From assembly GCF_006345805.1 (NCBI RefSeq), contig NC_043004.1, positions 90,954,001 to 91,018,000 on the forward strand: a DNA stretch of 64,000 nt. The letters run 5' to 3'. Position numbers and translations under genes: made by a program. Source of the stretch: Octopus sinensis. Taxonomy: Eukaryota. Under the pieces are notes generated by a model that made no database searches, was not told the origin of the DNA, and worked only from the letters and a program-made list of their open reading frames with translations. This document shows, piece by piece, positions 37,300 to 48,411 of this stretch. Numbering within the stretch: the first letter of the stretch is position 1; each line of letters starts with the position of its first letter.

Positions 37300-39140
37300 A
37301 TCACAATATGGAAATCTATTGTCTCTAGCAGTATGACCCTATAGTGTCCAATTAAGAAACACTGATGTTCAGTGCTGATAGATATCGGAGAAGGAAATAT
37401 TACTATTTAGAAGGTTTAGGGTTTCAAGAAGGATTGGTGAATGATAAAAGGTTATAGATTTCTATTAAGAGAAATTTGCTGTTGAGAAGTCATAGATTTT
37501 CAAGAAAATGCATAACTGTTTAAGTGCTATATGTCTCTCAAAAGAAGGTACTACCCTTTTTGTTGGCTATAGATGTCTAAGAAGGTGGTGCAGTTGCTTA
37601 GGGTTATTATTTTCAAAAAAGGAACTCTGAACTTTAGATGTCATAGACTTCCAATATGGAAGTTAAGATATTTAGGTATCATAAACTTCTAGGAAGGGAA
37701 TACTGTTATTTAGAGACCATAAAATTCTTAGAATATTACTGTTTATGGGTTACAAACTTCCAAGAAAAGGACATTCTTATTTAAGGGCTCTAAGCTTTGA
37801 AGAATGATATATAGCTGCTCTGAGGCCATTTTTTTCTTAGGAAAGGAATTCTGCTGTTTAGGGGTCATATATTTGCATGGAAGAACACTTGTGAGGTTCT
37901 TCTTTTCCTTTTAAGTTAAGGTAGAGGTGATAGGATAATGTCCATAACTCTTTAGAGTCTCCGTAACTGGTAAAATGAAAGGAAGAGATTCTGTTCAGAC
38001 AGAAGATCTGGCCCACTAAAGGCATCCATAAGACAAATGTCACAGTTAAACTTCTATCCAAGAACAATCATTTGATAGGTTTTCACACAGTATTCATCAA
38101 CCAAATTTCATTCACAAAGCTTTGACTAACCTGATGTTACAGAAAGAAAAAAAACTCTTGCCTAAAATTCCTTAAAATGGGTTTAACCCAAAAGCAACAC
38201 TGTTGCAAAGTGAATATCTCAACTTCACAGCCATAGCTGCACCCATTTGTTACGCTTGTAATATATGACTCTAAAATAATAATATTCATTTCTTGGAAGT
38301 CTATGGACACAAAAGATAAGAGAGTCTTTGGAAGTATAAGGCCTGTGTCATCTCTTGTGAAAGGTAGGAGAGTCCAGTTTGCTGGACATTGTTGTAGAGT
38401 TGAAAACGAAGTAATTTCTACTCTTCTCCTCTGGAAGCCATCTACTTGCAATACCAGAGGGCGCACACTCTCCTACCCTGATGTAATCTCCAGGGATACA
38501 GGCATCCAGCAACAGGACCTCTGTAATGCCATGATGGACCGTGAAGTCTGGCGTAGCATGGTAAATTCCATTGTCTCGACCATGGTCGAACAATGATGAT
38601 GATGATGATAAGGCCTCTAAACAGCTGTATGTCATTATTAGAACTTTAAAACCCTTAAACAGAAATGCCTTCTTGCAAGTCTATGGTCCCTAGACAGTAA
38701 TATTTACTCTAAGGAACTTGTGTCCTCTTTAGAATTGTATCCTCTTCCTCGAAGCTCATGATGCTATATATCTACAACCTCTTCTTGGGCAGTGGGGGTT
38801 GGGGTATAGCATCTAAAGTTCAGTGCGCCCTTCTTTAAAGATAACAACTCTACGCAACCACACCACCTCCAAAGACATCCATGGCCAACAAAACAGTTGT
38901 ACCTTCTTTAGGTAGTATATGACATTTAAACAGGTACACATATTTTTGAAAATCTATGCTCCTTAAACGACAAAATTCCCTTATTGAAAGTCTGTAATCA
39001 TGAACAATTACATTTCTTTCTTGGAAATTTAAAACGCCTTATTAGAAATATTCTTATCTTAAATGTCAATGAATGCTAAACAATAGTGCCCTTGTATTGG
39101 CAGTCTATGACCCTTAGACAGCAGAGCTTCATTGTTGTAA
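37300..39140. mobile_element. Ancient foldback-type element: long inverted arms made of ~38-bp tandem subunits
   Basis: Left arm ~37300-37875 aligns colinearly to the reverse complement of ~38255-39140 (after removing the RTE insert). Unit consensus about GGGTCATAGACTTCCAAGAAGGGAATACTGCTGTTTA. Confidence 0.7.
38342..38609 (+). mobile_element. 5'-truncated RTE LINE with 9-bp TSD (ataaggcct)
   Basis: Near-identical to 3018-3290, with a (gat)n tail. ataaggcct occurs at 38336-38344 and 38608-38616. Confidence 0.9.
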
Positions 39141-39149
39141 ATATATCAC

Positions 39150-40818
39150 TCTTGAATGCATAAGGTATTTGAGGGCAAATTTGTTTTTTTAGAAAAAACA
39201 TGCATAAAATAATAGAAAACAATTTTATTAATGGAAAAATTTGTACATATATACTAGATTAGCTTCATTATGATCTTATTCAATGTAACCAGCTTCAGCA
39301 TCAATAATTGCTTCTGTGCAGGATCCGAATCATCTACATGCCTGAATTAAATGGTCCTGGTTCATATCAGACATTTCTCTGACTATGGCAGCTTTCAAAG
39401 AATCTTTGATGTTACGGGGATGTTGATTGATCTTTTTCTCGGCAAAACATAAGCAATAGGTGCAGGAGTGGCTGTGTGGTAAGTAGCTTGCTTACCAGCC
39501 ACATGGTTCCGGGTTCAGTCCCATTGCGTGGCATCTTGGGCAAGTGTCTTCTGCTATAGCCTCGGACCGACCAATGCCTTGTGAGTGGATTTGGTAGACG
39601 GAAACTGAAAGAAGCTTGTTGTATACATGTATATATATATATGTATGTGTGCGTGTATGTTTGTGTGTCTGTCTTTGTCCCCCTAGCATTGCTTGACAAC
39701 TGATGCTGGTGTGTTTACGTCTCCTTCACTTAGCGGTTTGGCAAAAGAGACTGATAGAATAAGTACTGGGCTTACAAAGAATAAGTCCCATGGTCGATTT
39801 GCTCGACTAAAGGCGGTGCTCCAGCATGGCTGCAGTCAAATGACTGAAACAAGTAAAAGAGTAAAAGAGAGAGAGAGTAGTTCAATGGGTTGAGATCTGG
39901 TGAGTTTGGAAGCCAAATGTTAGGGATTATGTGGTCATGGAAATTGTCAGCCAGCCATTTTTGGGTTGTTTGAGCCTAACGTGATGGAGTAAAGTCCTGC
40001 TGAAACACATAAGGCCTTTCATTGCGAACTCTATCTATCCAGGGCTCAACAACAGTTTCCAGAACCTCAATGTCATCACCAGAGTTAACTCTAAGGCCTT
40101 GTGGAAAGAAGTGAGAAGGCATCACATGTTTTCATAACTAACAACTCCAAAATCCATGAAAGTTGCAGGAAATTTTGTATGAAGAACTGTTGGAAATTCA
40201 GAAGAGTCTGAACATAAACATCTGTCATTTTTCTGTTGTTTGGTCAAAAGTTTTCCCATCTAAGAAAAAAACCCAAATGAAGTCATGTTCTTCTGGGTTT
40301 TTAACTTTGTTTAATAGCCATTTAGATCTGATCAAACAATCTTCCTTTGTTTTTTCTGGTATGAATTCTTCAGCATGTAAAACTTGTACTGGATGGCGTT
40401 GTGGACAACATTTCTGATTGTCCATTCTGATACGGGGAGATCTTTTGCTATTGACCTCATGGATTATCTGGGATTTCTGTCAATGAGCTGTCGAACTTGC
40501 TAAATAAATTCAGATTTTATGATAGTAATAGAGTGTTGGGAATGCTTTTTGCATTTTGGTACTGGTGATACCTTTCCATATGAAGCCTCTAACTCCTTGT
40601 GAACTTTGCAAATAACAAAGGCTGGAGAATTTGAAAAACTGAGCTATTTCTAAATCATTATGCTCAACCTTTAAGGCCACAATTACAGCATGTCTCTTCA
40701 TTTCTTGAGTAAGCTGAATGTTTGCCATTATTATTTTCTGAAACATAAATAACATAAAGTTAATTTAAAAACAGTAATAACTCAAATAGTCATGTTCCTA
40801 AATAGCCTATGCACCCTG
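39150..40818 (-). mobile_element. maT-type (DD37D) Tc1/mariner-superfamily element, split by a SINE
   Basis: Terminus tacagggtg at 40812-40820. MANIQLTQEMKRHAVIVAL...FFLDGKTFD...YVFQQD-x37-(D>N) with SPDLNPL; the C-terminus ...EAIIDAEAGYIE* lies beyond the SINE. The left TIR is weak. Confidence 0.8.
39456..39875 (+). mobile_element. Bipartite CORE SINE (OR2-like), full length, inserted in the maT transposase
   Basis: taggtgcaggagtggctgtgtgg...gtaaaagagtaaaagagagagag. Confidence 0.9.
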
Positions 40819-40849
40819 TATATATATACATAGCTTTTCTGTCATTAGA

Positions 40850-41280
40850 ATTCTTTGGTTATTGGACTGTGACCAGGCTGTGATACTGCTTTGAAGAATT
40901 TTAGTTGAACAAATTGGTCCCAGTGCTTGCTTTTGAAACCTGGTACTTATTCTATCAGTTCCTTTTGCCAAACCACGAAGTTATGGATACATACACAGAC
41001 ATTACTAGTTGTCAAGCAGTGTAGGGATGGAGGGAAACAAACACAGATACACACATGCACACACATGCATGCACGTGCGCACACACACATGTACAACAGG
41101 CTTCTTACAATTTCTATCTACCAAATCCACTCACAAGGCGGTTTGGCAAAAGAGACTGATGGAATAAGTACTGGGCTTACAAAGAATAAGTCCCGGGGTC
41201 GAGTTGCTCGACTAAAGGCGGTGCACCAGCATGGCCGCAGTCAAATGACTGAAACAAGTAAAAGAGTAAAGAGTAAAAGA
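40850..41280. mobile_element. Old minus-strand CORE SINE truncated by a young plus-strand 3' module
   Basis: 40850-41138 is a degenerate minus-strand copy; 41139-41280 is a near-consensus second module on plus. Together they form an inverted pair. Confidence 0.75.
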
Positions 41281-41328
41281 GTATATATATATTTGTAAAT
41301 TGTAAGTCTATGTAAAGCTGTATATATA

Positions 41329-41640
41329 TCATCATCATCATCATCATCATCGTTTAACGTCCGTTTTCCGCGCTAGCACGGGTTGGACAGTTTCGACCGG
41401 GGTCTGGGGAGCCAGGGGCTGCCCCAGGCTCCAGTCTGGTCTGGCAGTGTTTCTACAGCTGGATGCCCTTCCTAACGCCAACCACTCCGCGAGTGTAGTG
41501 GGTGCTTTTTACGTGCCACTTGCACAGGTGCCAGAGGGGTCTGGCATCGGCCACGGTCAGTTGGTGCTTTTTATATGCCACCTGCACAGAAGCCAGTCGG
41601 GGCGGTGCTGGCATCGGCCACGTTCGGATGGTGCTTTTTA
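41329..41640 (-). mobile_element. (ATG)n-tailed SINE-like element, broken at ggtgcttttta
   Basis: (CAT)n tail plus core plus modules; the sequence switches abruptly to a GC-rich unrelated tract at 41641. Confidence 0.9.
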
Positions 41641-42439
41641 AGTGGGGGGGAGGGTGCAGAAATATAGGGGAGCACCAGTGGGGAGGGGTGTTCGGAGAAA
41701 CGATGGCAGGTTCTAGACAAGTAGAACATAGGATATCACGAGAGGGGTAATGCATGGTGAAATAGCGTATTGAAGAGGGGGGTTCGAAGAGTAGACACCT
41801 ATAATGGTGGTGGGAGAAGCGACATCCGGTATAGATGGAGCAAAAATATAGAGATATCCGGTATTGGTGGTGGGGGTGGGCAAGGGCGGATGCACCGGGA
41901 ATATGCGTGGTGGTGGGGGTGGGCAAGGGCGGGTGCACCGGGAATATGCGAAGGTTGAACCTGACGGGTTGGCTTAAAAATGCTCTTAGCAATGGAAGGG
42001 GGGAAAGGAAGAGGGGGGAGGCATACAACGTAAAAGAGGGAGAGAGAGAGAGAAGGGAATAGTGGAACCCCGTGAAAATCGGCCGCCATTGAAAAAATCC
42101 TGTATGGAGAAACTCAAATATCTATTCTGTATTTAGCGAGACACGAGGCCGGAAAACCGATGGTCAACAATAACTAATAAATTATACAGAATATGCAATA
42201 CGAGGCGAAATAATAATACTAATAAACAAATTGTCGACTGGGGGTCAAAGGGATAATACTAATACTAATAATAATAATAATAAACAGCTTAACCACTAGA
42301 GATCAGACAAATTTGCATGAGAATATTACTGGTACAGATTACGGGATGAATCAGATTAGAAAGATTTTCTTATCTTGGGAACATTTCGTTTTTCGGCCTG
42401 ACACGGCGAATATATATATATATATACATAAAGAATTAA

Positions 42440-42800
42440 AGGTAATGCTTAGCGGTAATGCTTAGAGTTTTCTGTAGGACAGTAGATAAAGATGGTGCAG
42501 GTTGTCCACAATACCATATAGTCAGCTACACAGACCACAAATTTGTGACTTGTACACTTGACTTAGATAAGACACATAGGCAGGGTCCTGGTTACGGGAA
42601 GCTGAATGTGTCTTTCACGGCACGCCAGGCTTACAGGGACCGGATTAGCACATTATTAAAGAGAGCTTTGACAGGTGCCATAATCAAAAACAGATGGTGG
42701 TATGCTCTAAAGAAAGCAATTAAAGCAGAATCGGTTAGGTACAGTAAGGCCCTAACATTAGACCGAAATAGAATAGAGGGAGACTTAGTTAAGAATTATT
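42440..42800 (+). mobile_element. L1/Tx1-clade LINE internal fragment (end of endonuclease domain)
   Basis: RVFCRTVD...YTDHKFVTCTLDL...GPGY(W>G)KLN.SF matches the SDH...GPGYWKLN motif of L1/Tx1 ORF2. Confidence 0.75.
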
Positions 42801-43162
42801 TAAGAATTATTTAAGAATATATTTGGTACCATTTATCTTGATGAAACAGCTTTTGAACACAAAGTATGAACTATGTGTGAAATTTATGATTTCTTGCTTC
42901 TATGTTAAGTATACATACATATATATTTCTTTACTACCCACAACGGGATAAACATAGAGGGGACAAACAAGGACAGACAAAGGGATTAAGTCGATTACAT
43001 CGACCCCTGTGCGTAACTGGTACTTAATTTATCGACCCCGAAAGGATGAAAGGCAAAGTTGACCTCGGCGGAATTTGAACTCTGAACGTAACGACAGACG
43101 AAATACGGCTACGCATTTCGCCCGGCGTGCTAACGTTTCTGCCAGCTCATATATAAACACAC

Positions 43163-44126
43163 TGTAGCGGTCTCTGATATCCTCACTGTTTGAGAAACAC
43201 GGCAGGAATGATCTCGTTTGAGATTACGGCCATCTTTGGCCAAGTTGTTCCTTTTGTAACCACTAACCTGATTGGTTGACATGTGGCGTGATTTGTCTCT
43301 ACTTATTTCATGCCACTGGCCAAAGCCAACCAATCAAGGCCTTTGGTTAAGGTCCCATTTCTTAAGCTCGTTTGAGCTACCTTACTTGTATATAAGGGAG
43401 TGAATCTCTTCACCAAGTGTCTTTGGTTTCCAGTCCTTGTAAGGACTGAACCTCTGATCACAGAGCTACTCAACATGTTCCAGTCACAGACGACAGACGA
43501 TCACGACGACAGACGACAGCCACGATGACGCTAATGTACACTCCGCTACCGTCGCCATCATCATCATCCACTTCGGACATGTACACACCAACATCACAGA
43601 ACCACGCTGTTAGAGTGAACGTCTTCACCAAGTAGAAACAGTCCATCTGAAGAAATCTATATCCGGAGAACCAGCTCGACGATTTGAGACCATGTCCGTG
43701 GCTCGACAACAATTCGCCCGACCGGCCTCCGCCCGAGACACAACATCCTGATATCGAACTCTTACACTTCGTGTACCTCAGAACAGTAAATCAATTTCCA
43801 TTATGAACTCTATGCTCTGTACCTTTCTATGCTACACGCATTTACCCTCATTGTATCTGTCACACACACGAACACACAGACACAAACACGTGTTGCATGC
43901 ACACACACGCACTTGCTAGCACTGACAACCTTCTAACCTTAACACCAATTGTAAATAAAAGCTTATCTTCTCTCAAACAGTGGAACGGCCTTGTAGTCAA
44001 TTCATCTATATTCTGTTGGCACTGCATTGTATAAAATTGTATTAATGGCTTATCTTATTTCGCTAGGAATGCGACCGTGTGACTTACCTATGTCACCAAC
44101 CTCAACATACGGTCGTATTCACTACA
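43163..44126 (+). mobile_element. Solo LTR (964 bp), probably Gypsy-type, with 4-bp TSD ACAC
   Basis: TGTAG...CTACA inverted termini; ACAC at 43159-43162 and 44127-44130; TATATAA at ~43389; AATAAA at ~43954. Confidence 0.85.
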
Positions 44127-44589
44127 ACACATTTGTACATATGTATGCATAGACATGCATATATTTATATATATGTTTATACTTAAACATTACAAAGCCT
44201 CATTGCTGGTTAAATTCTTTTTCAGCTATTGCTGTGTGGGAGAAAAACAGGAAATCTCCTGATGGACTATTTCATGGTTTGTTGAGCATTTCTCAGTAGA
44301 CATGTACCTGGTTTCCATCCCTCAATCAATAGCATGGGTCAGTCATGAACAAGTTTATACACCATGATTCTAGCCAAAGTGGGTTGCCCAGTGTTTTCCA
44401 ATTCACTCAGCATATAAACTACTTTAGGCCTAGAGACTGGAAATCTCCACTTCTTTGTTCTCTGTATAATAATCTGGAAGATTTGGGATCAGGAAAATGA
44501 TTGGTCTTCACAACCCACTTCTTGCTCACTTGCAGTCTTTGATTTTGTGAGTAACTCTAAATATTGTGATATCATACTGCTTGTCAAAT

Positions 44590-45111
44590 ATATATATATT
44601 TATATGCAACAGGCTTCTTTCAGTTTCCATTTACCAAATCCATTCACAAGGCTTTTGGTCAGCCCAAGTCTATAGTAGAACATACTTGCTCAAATTACCA
44701 TGCAGTGGGACTGAACCCAGAAACATGTAGTTAGAAAGCAGATTTGTTACCACTCAGCCACGCTCTTTTATTCTTTTACTAGTTTCAGTCATTTGACTGC
44801 GGCCATGCTGGAGCCTTGTTTTGAAGGGTTTTTAGTTGAAAAAAATCGACTCCAAGACTTATTTTTTAAGCCTTGGACTTATCTTATGGGTATCTTTTGC
44901 TGAACTGCTAAGTTATGAGGACAAACACACACACACACACGCATATATGACGGGTTTCTTTCAGTTTCCGTCTACCAAATCTACTCATAAGGCTTTGGGT
45001 TGGTCCAAGGCTATGGTAGAAGACATTTGTCCAAGGTACCATGCAGTGGGACTGAACCCGGAACCATGTGGTTCGGAAGCAAGCTTCTTACCATACAGTC
45101 ACACCTGTGCC
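44590..45111 (-). mobile_element. Two tandem CORE SINE copies (44590-44765 head only; 44766-45111 near full length)
   Basis: Repeated cttctttcagtttcc...ccaaatcc...gcagtgggactgaaccc blocks. Confidence 0.8.
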
Positions 45112-46281
45112 TATATAATAATGAAATTATTGTATACAGTGCTCAGGTGCACCACAACTTGTCAGAAAGTGCATATAAAGTACATGCAGTAATGTAGAAA
45201 TGTTTGGAAAGCGAACAATGTATGAGTCAGATACATGCTTGTGTGTGTATGGAGGGGAGAAAATCAAGTGTAGTGTTGGCGAATCTCAGGAAGCATGGAA
45301 GTTTTGAAGGATGCAGTGCTCCGACAACTAACAACCGATGCCGGCAGTTTGTTCCATGCTTCAGCAACTCTCAGTGTGTAAAAATGTTTCCTGAAGTCAT
45401 GGGAGCTGTGCTGTTTTCTTACTTTGTAAATATGTCCATGGGTGTTAGATGGGTGGAGTTTGAAGAGGTGCTCAAAGTTATTGTTTGTGCGATGGTTGAT
45501 AATTTTATGGGTGTCTGCCAAGTCAGCTGCCAGACGTCGGAGTTTCAATGTGTCCATGCCCAGGGAAGTAAGGCGTTCAGGATATGGCAAATGCCTGATG
45601 GAGGGTATTCTTTTGGTTGCACGTCGTTGAACAGCTTCCAGATGATTGATGTCCTGGGCAAGATAGGGGTTCCAGACCGGTGATGCAAATTCCAGGTGAG
45701 GTCTTACCATAGCCATATAAAGCCGCAGATAGATAGCCGGAGAGCGGCTCACAAAGGATTTGGTGAGTGATGCCAAGACACCTTCAGCCTTCTTGACAAT
45801 TTTAGCGATGTGTTTTGTCCAACGCAAATCACTGTCGACAATAACAACCAGGTCACATTCACATGAGGATTTTTGAGACTAGTGTTGTGGAGGGAGTAAG
45901 TGGACGCTGGGTTTCTCCTCCCAAAATGCATGGTGGTACATTTGTCCACAGCCAGCTTGAGTTGCCAGTCCATGATCCACTGCTGCATTGTGTCCAGGTC
46001 TGCTTGCAATAGAGATCTATAGTGTACAGGATTTGACCTCTTTATTTCGAGGTACAGCTTGATGTCATCTGCATATTTCAGCACTGTGGCATTCTTTAAG
46101 TTGGCATCTATGTCATTAACATATGCAACAAATAAAAGGGGGCCAAGAACAGATCCCTGTGGTACACCAGATGTCATCTCATAGGGCGAAGAGTGCTGTC
46201 CTAGAACTGTGACAACCTCTTTTTGGCTGAAAATAAAGGACTTTAACCAGTTATAGAGTTCGTCTCTTACACCCAACGCAG
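45112..46281 (-). mobile_element. 5'-truncated CR1-clade LINE (first family)
   Basis: GVPQGSVLGPLLFVAYVNDI...KYADDIKL...LEFASPVWNPY...WNKLPASVV plus the 3'UTR shared with 3932-4505. Confidence 0.93.
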
Positions 46282-46486
46282 GGTGTCCCAGAGTGTCACG
46301 TACCATTCTGGTTTTCATCAAAATAATTAAAGAATTTTATTTTATATTTTTTCGGCATGTTTTATTGCAGAGGGTGTTCAATTTGAGCATTTGTTACAAT
46401 TAATTTCAGTAATGTGTTTTTGAAATCAATAAAGGTGTATTCTTTAAAAAGAAAACAGGGTCGTGCACAACTTCTGGGACACCCTG
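46279..46486. mobile_element. Tc1/mariner-type MITE (~208 bp)
   Basis: TIRs cagggtgtcccagagtgtcacg / cgtgcacaacttctgggacaccctg, with TA on the right side. Confidence 0.8.
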
Positions 46487-47000
46487 TATAATATAATATA
46501 ATATAATATAATATAAAACAAAAATATTGCTTGCTAATTCTTTCTTATTTAGATACAGAGCTCGCAATTTTTAGACACGAAATTGACTCAAGAGGTTTCC
46601 AGAGTGATGTCCCTTTGTTTGATTTAAACAAACCCTTACAGAAAAGTAAAATATGTGATAGAGGGCAAAATGCATGCTTAGCGGCATTTCTGTTGGTTCT
46701 TTACATTTTCAGTTCAAATTCTGCCGAGGTCGACTTTGTCTTATATATCTTCGGAGTTAAAAAAATAAATGCCAGTCGGGCACCAGTATCGATGTAAACA
46801 ACTTGTCTGTCGCCTTAAAATTTCTGGCCTTGTGCCAAAATTTGAAAGCTGTCCCGAGTTGCCTCCCTTGCTTTACAAACATTTTTACCCAATAAAAAAA
46901 ACTTCGGAACGCGGGATTCCAGCGTAACTCGAGTCCAATGATTGAATTTAGTAAAATATGTCATGTATTTTTGTAGTTTAGTCAATTGGTGTTATACTAT

Positions 47001-47632
47001 TTTTACCTCCGCCTTAGCGATGGCAGAGGTATTGTTTTCAGTCGTGTTTGTTTGTTTGTTTGTCCGTTATGGAAAGACTTCCCCGATTTTCTCCCAAATT
47101 TGTTTATTAAAAATCCTCAGTTCCGGAAAATTGCCGAAAACCGGCATTGCCAAATTTCACCCCGCCTCACCCCAAATTCTTCAATTTTGACTTTTTCCCC
47201 AACACTAACCCTAACCGTAACTACAGAAATATTTTGAAATTTTTGTCCGAATCATAATGTCCTGATTTTTCTGCATATTTAGAAAAAAAAATTTCTTTAA
47301 AAAAAAATTTACAAACATTTTGAGAATTTTTTTTCAGAATCATAATCTCCGTATTTTTCCGCATGTTTTGAGAAAAAAAAAATCTAAAAAAAGTAGAAAA
47401 AAAATGCAGGAAATGGTGGTGGGGTAGTAATTTAAAAATGCCGATTTTTCCAGTTTTTTTGAGATTCGTATTCCCCGTACCCGAAAGGGGGTGGTGTCGA
47501 AAAAAAATTTTTTCTTAATGGGTGGTTGGGTAGGATGGGGCGGAAATCTTGTCCAAGTTGTCTCAAGAAACGTTGGATGGATTCGGATGAAACTTCCAGG
47601 TATGTTTGGCTTTGTGACTGGCACAAACTGAT
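47001..47632 (+). mobile_element. Helentron/HINE(DINE-1)-like non-autonomous element with a nested insert
   Basis: 5' hairpin tacctccgcc-ttagcgat-ggcagaggta, (GTTT)n tract, then ggatggattcggatgaaact after an ~480-bp insert containing ctaaccctaacc. Confidence 0.6.
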
Positions 47633-48411
47633 CTTAAGTCTAGTACTTAAGTCTAGATCTTAAGTCTAGTACTTATTCTATCGAATACTTTATTGCGGGA
47701 GGGGGGGGGGCTGAAACTGACCAACAGCGGTTCCAAGCCTTCAAAGCGGTTCGCCAGCAGATTCTTTGTTATAGATGTGTGTGTCCGTGGGTGGGTGGGT
47801 GTGCACGCGTGGACCTATGCATGCATGTAATTTGATTCAACTAAATGAGAAAAAAAAAAAATATTTTCAGTTCAGCAAATGTATGACGAATGAAGGGAGA
47901 CAATTTTTGTAAGACTGCCATTTAACATGATTTTGTGTAAGAATGTCCTAAGTAGCAATAAAAAGAGAACAGATAATATAATTAAAATTTAAAATTCAAA
48001 AGACTTTTTCAGTTTTATTGAACATATTTTTTTCCCTATGTTACCTTCTAGTGTGATGGAATTCTATTTTTTTAAAATTTTATTCAATAAGTAAGTACGT
48101 GTTATGTTTCCTGTAAAAATTAGTTAAAACTTCAAATTTCCACAATTTCTTAGTACATTGTGCTGCAATATTTAGTGTGAGCGTTGGTTAATAGCATTAA
48201 CTGATGTGTATTGATTTGTAGAATCAGATACATGTAAATTCCTTATTAGTAGTAATAGGAAGCAATTAACTCGTGACATTGACCAGTTACTGTTGTCATG
48301 GCGACTGTGATCATCACTTTTTTTCTTATGCACAACTAAGGATTACATTAGCTTTTGGGTTATTTCCATTTTTAAGACAGCTGGATGTGATTTGAGTGAG
48401 ATTTGGCCGTT

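Noticed and set aside
47205-47221. ctaaccctaacc as an interstitial telomere
   Set aside because: Only about two units, inside a mobile element.
47630-47675. 13-bp tandem repeat cttaagtctag(ta/at) x3, rich in short palindromes
   Set aside because: Local slippage at the start of a degenerate SINE second module (cf. taagcctagtacttattctatc).
46860-47830. CpG-rich patch as a host promoter or CpG island
   Set aside because: Most of it resolves into a Helentron-like element, its nested insert and a degenerate SINE module (agtacttattctatcg). No exon follows.
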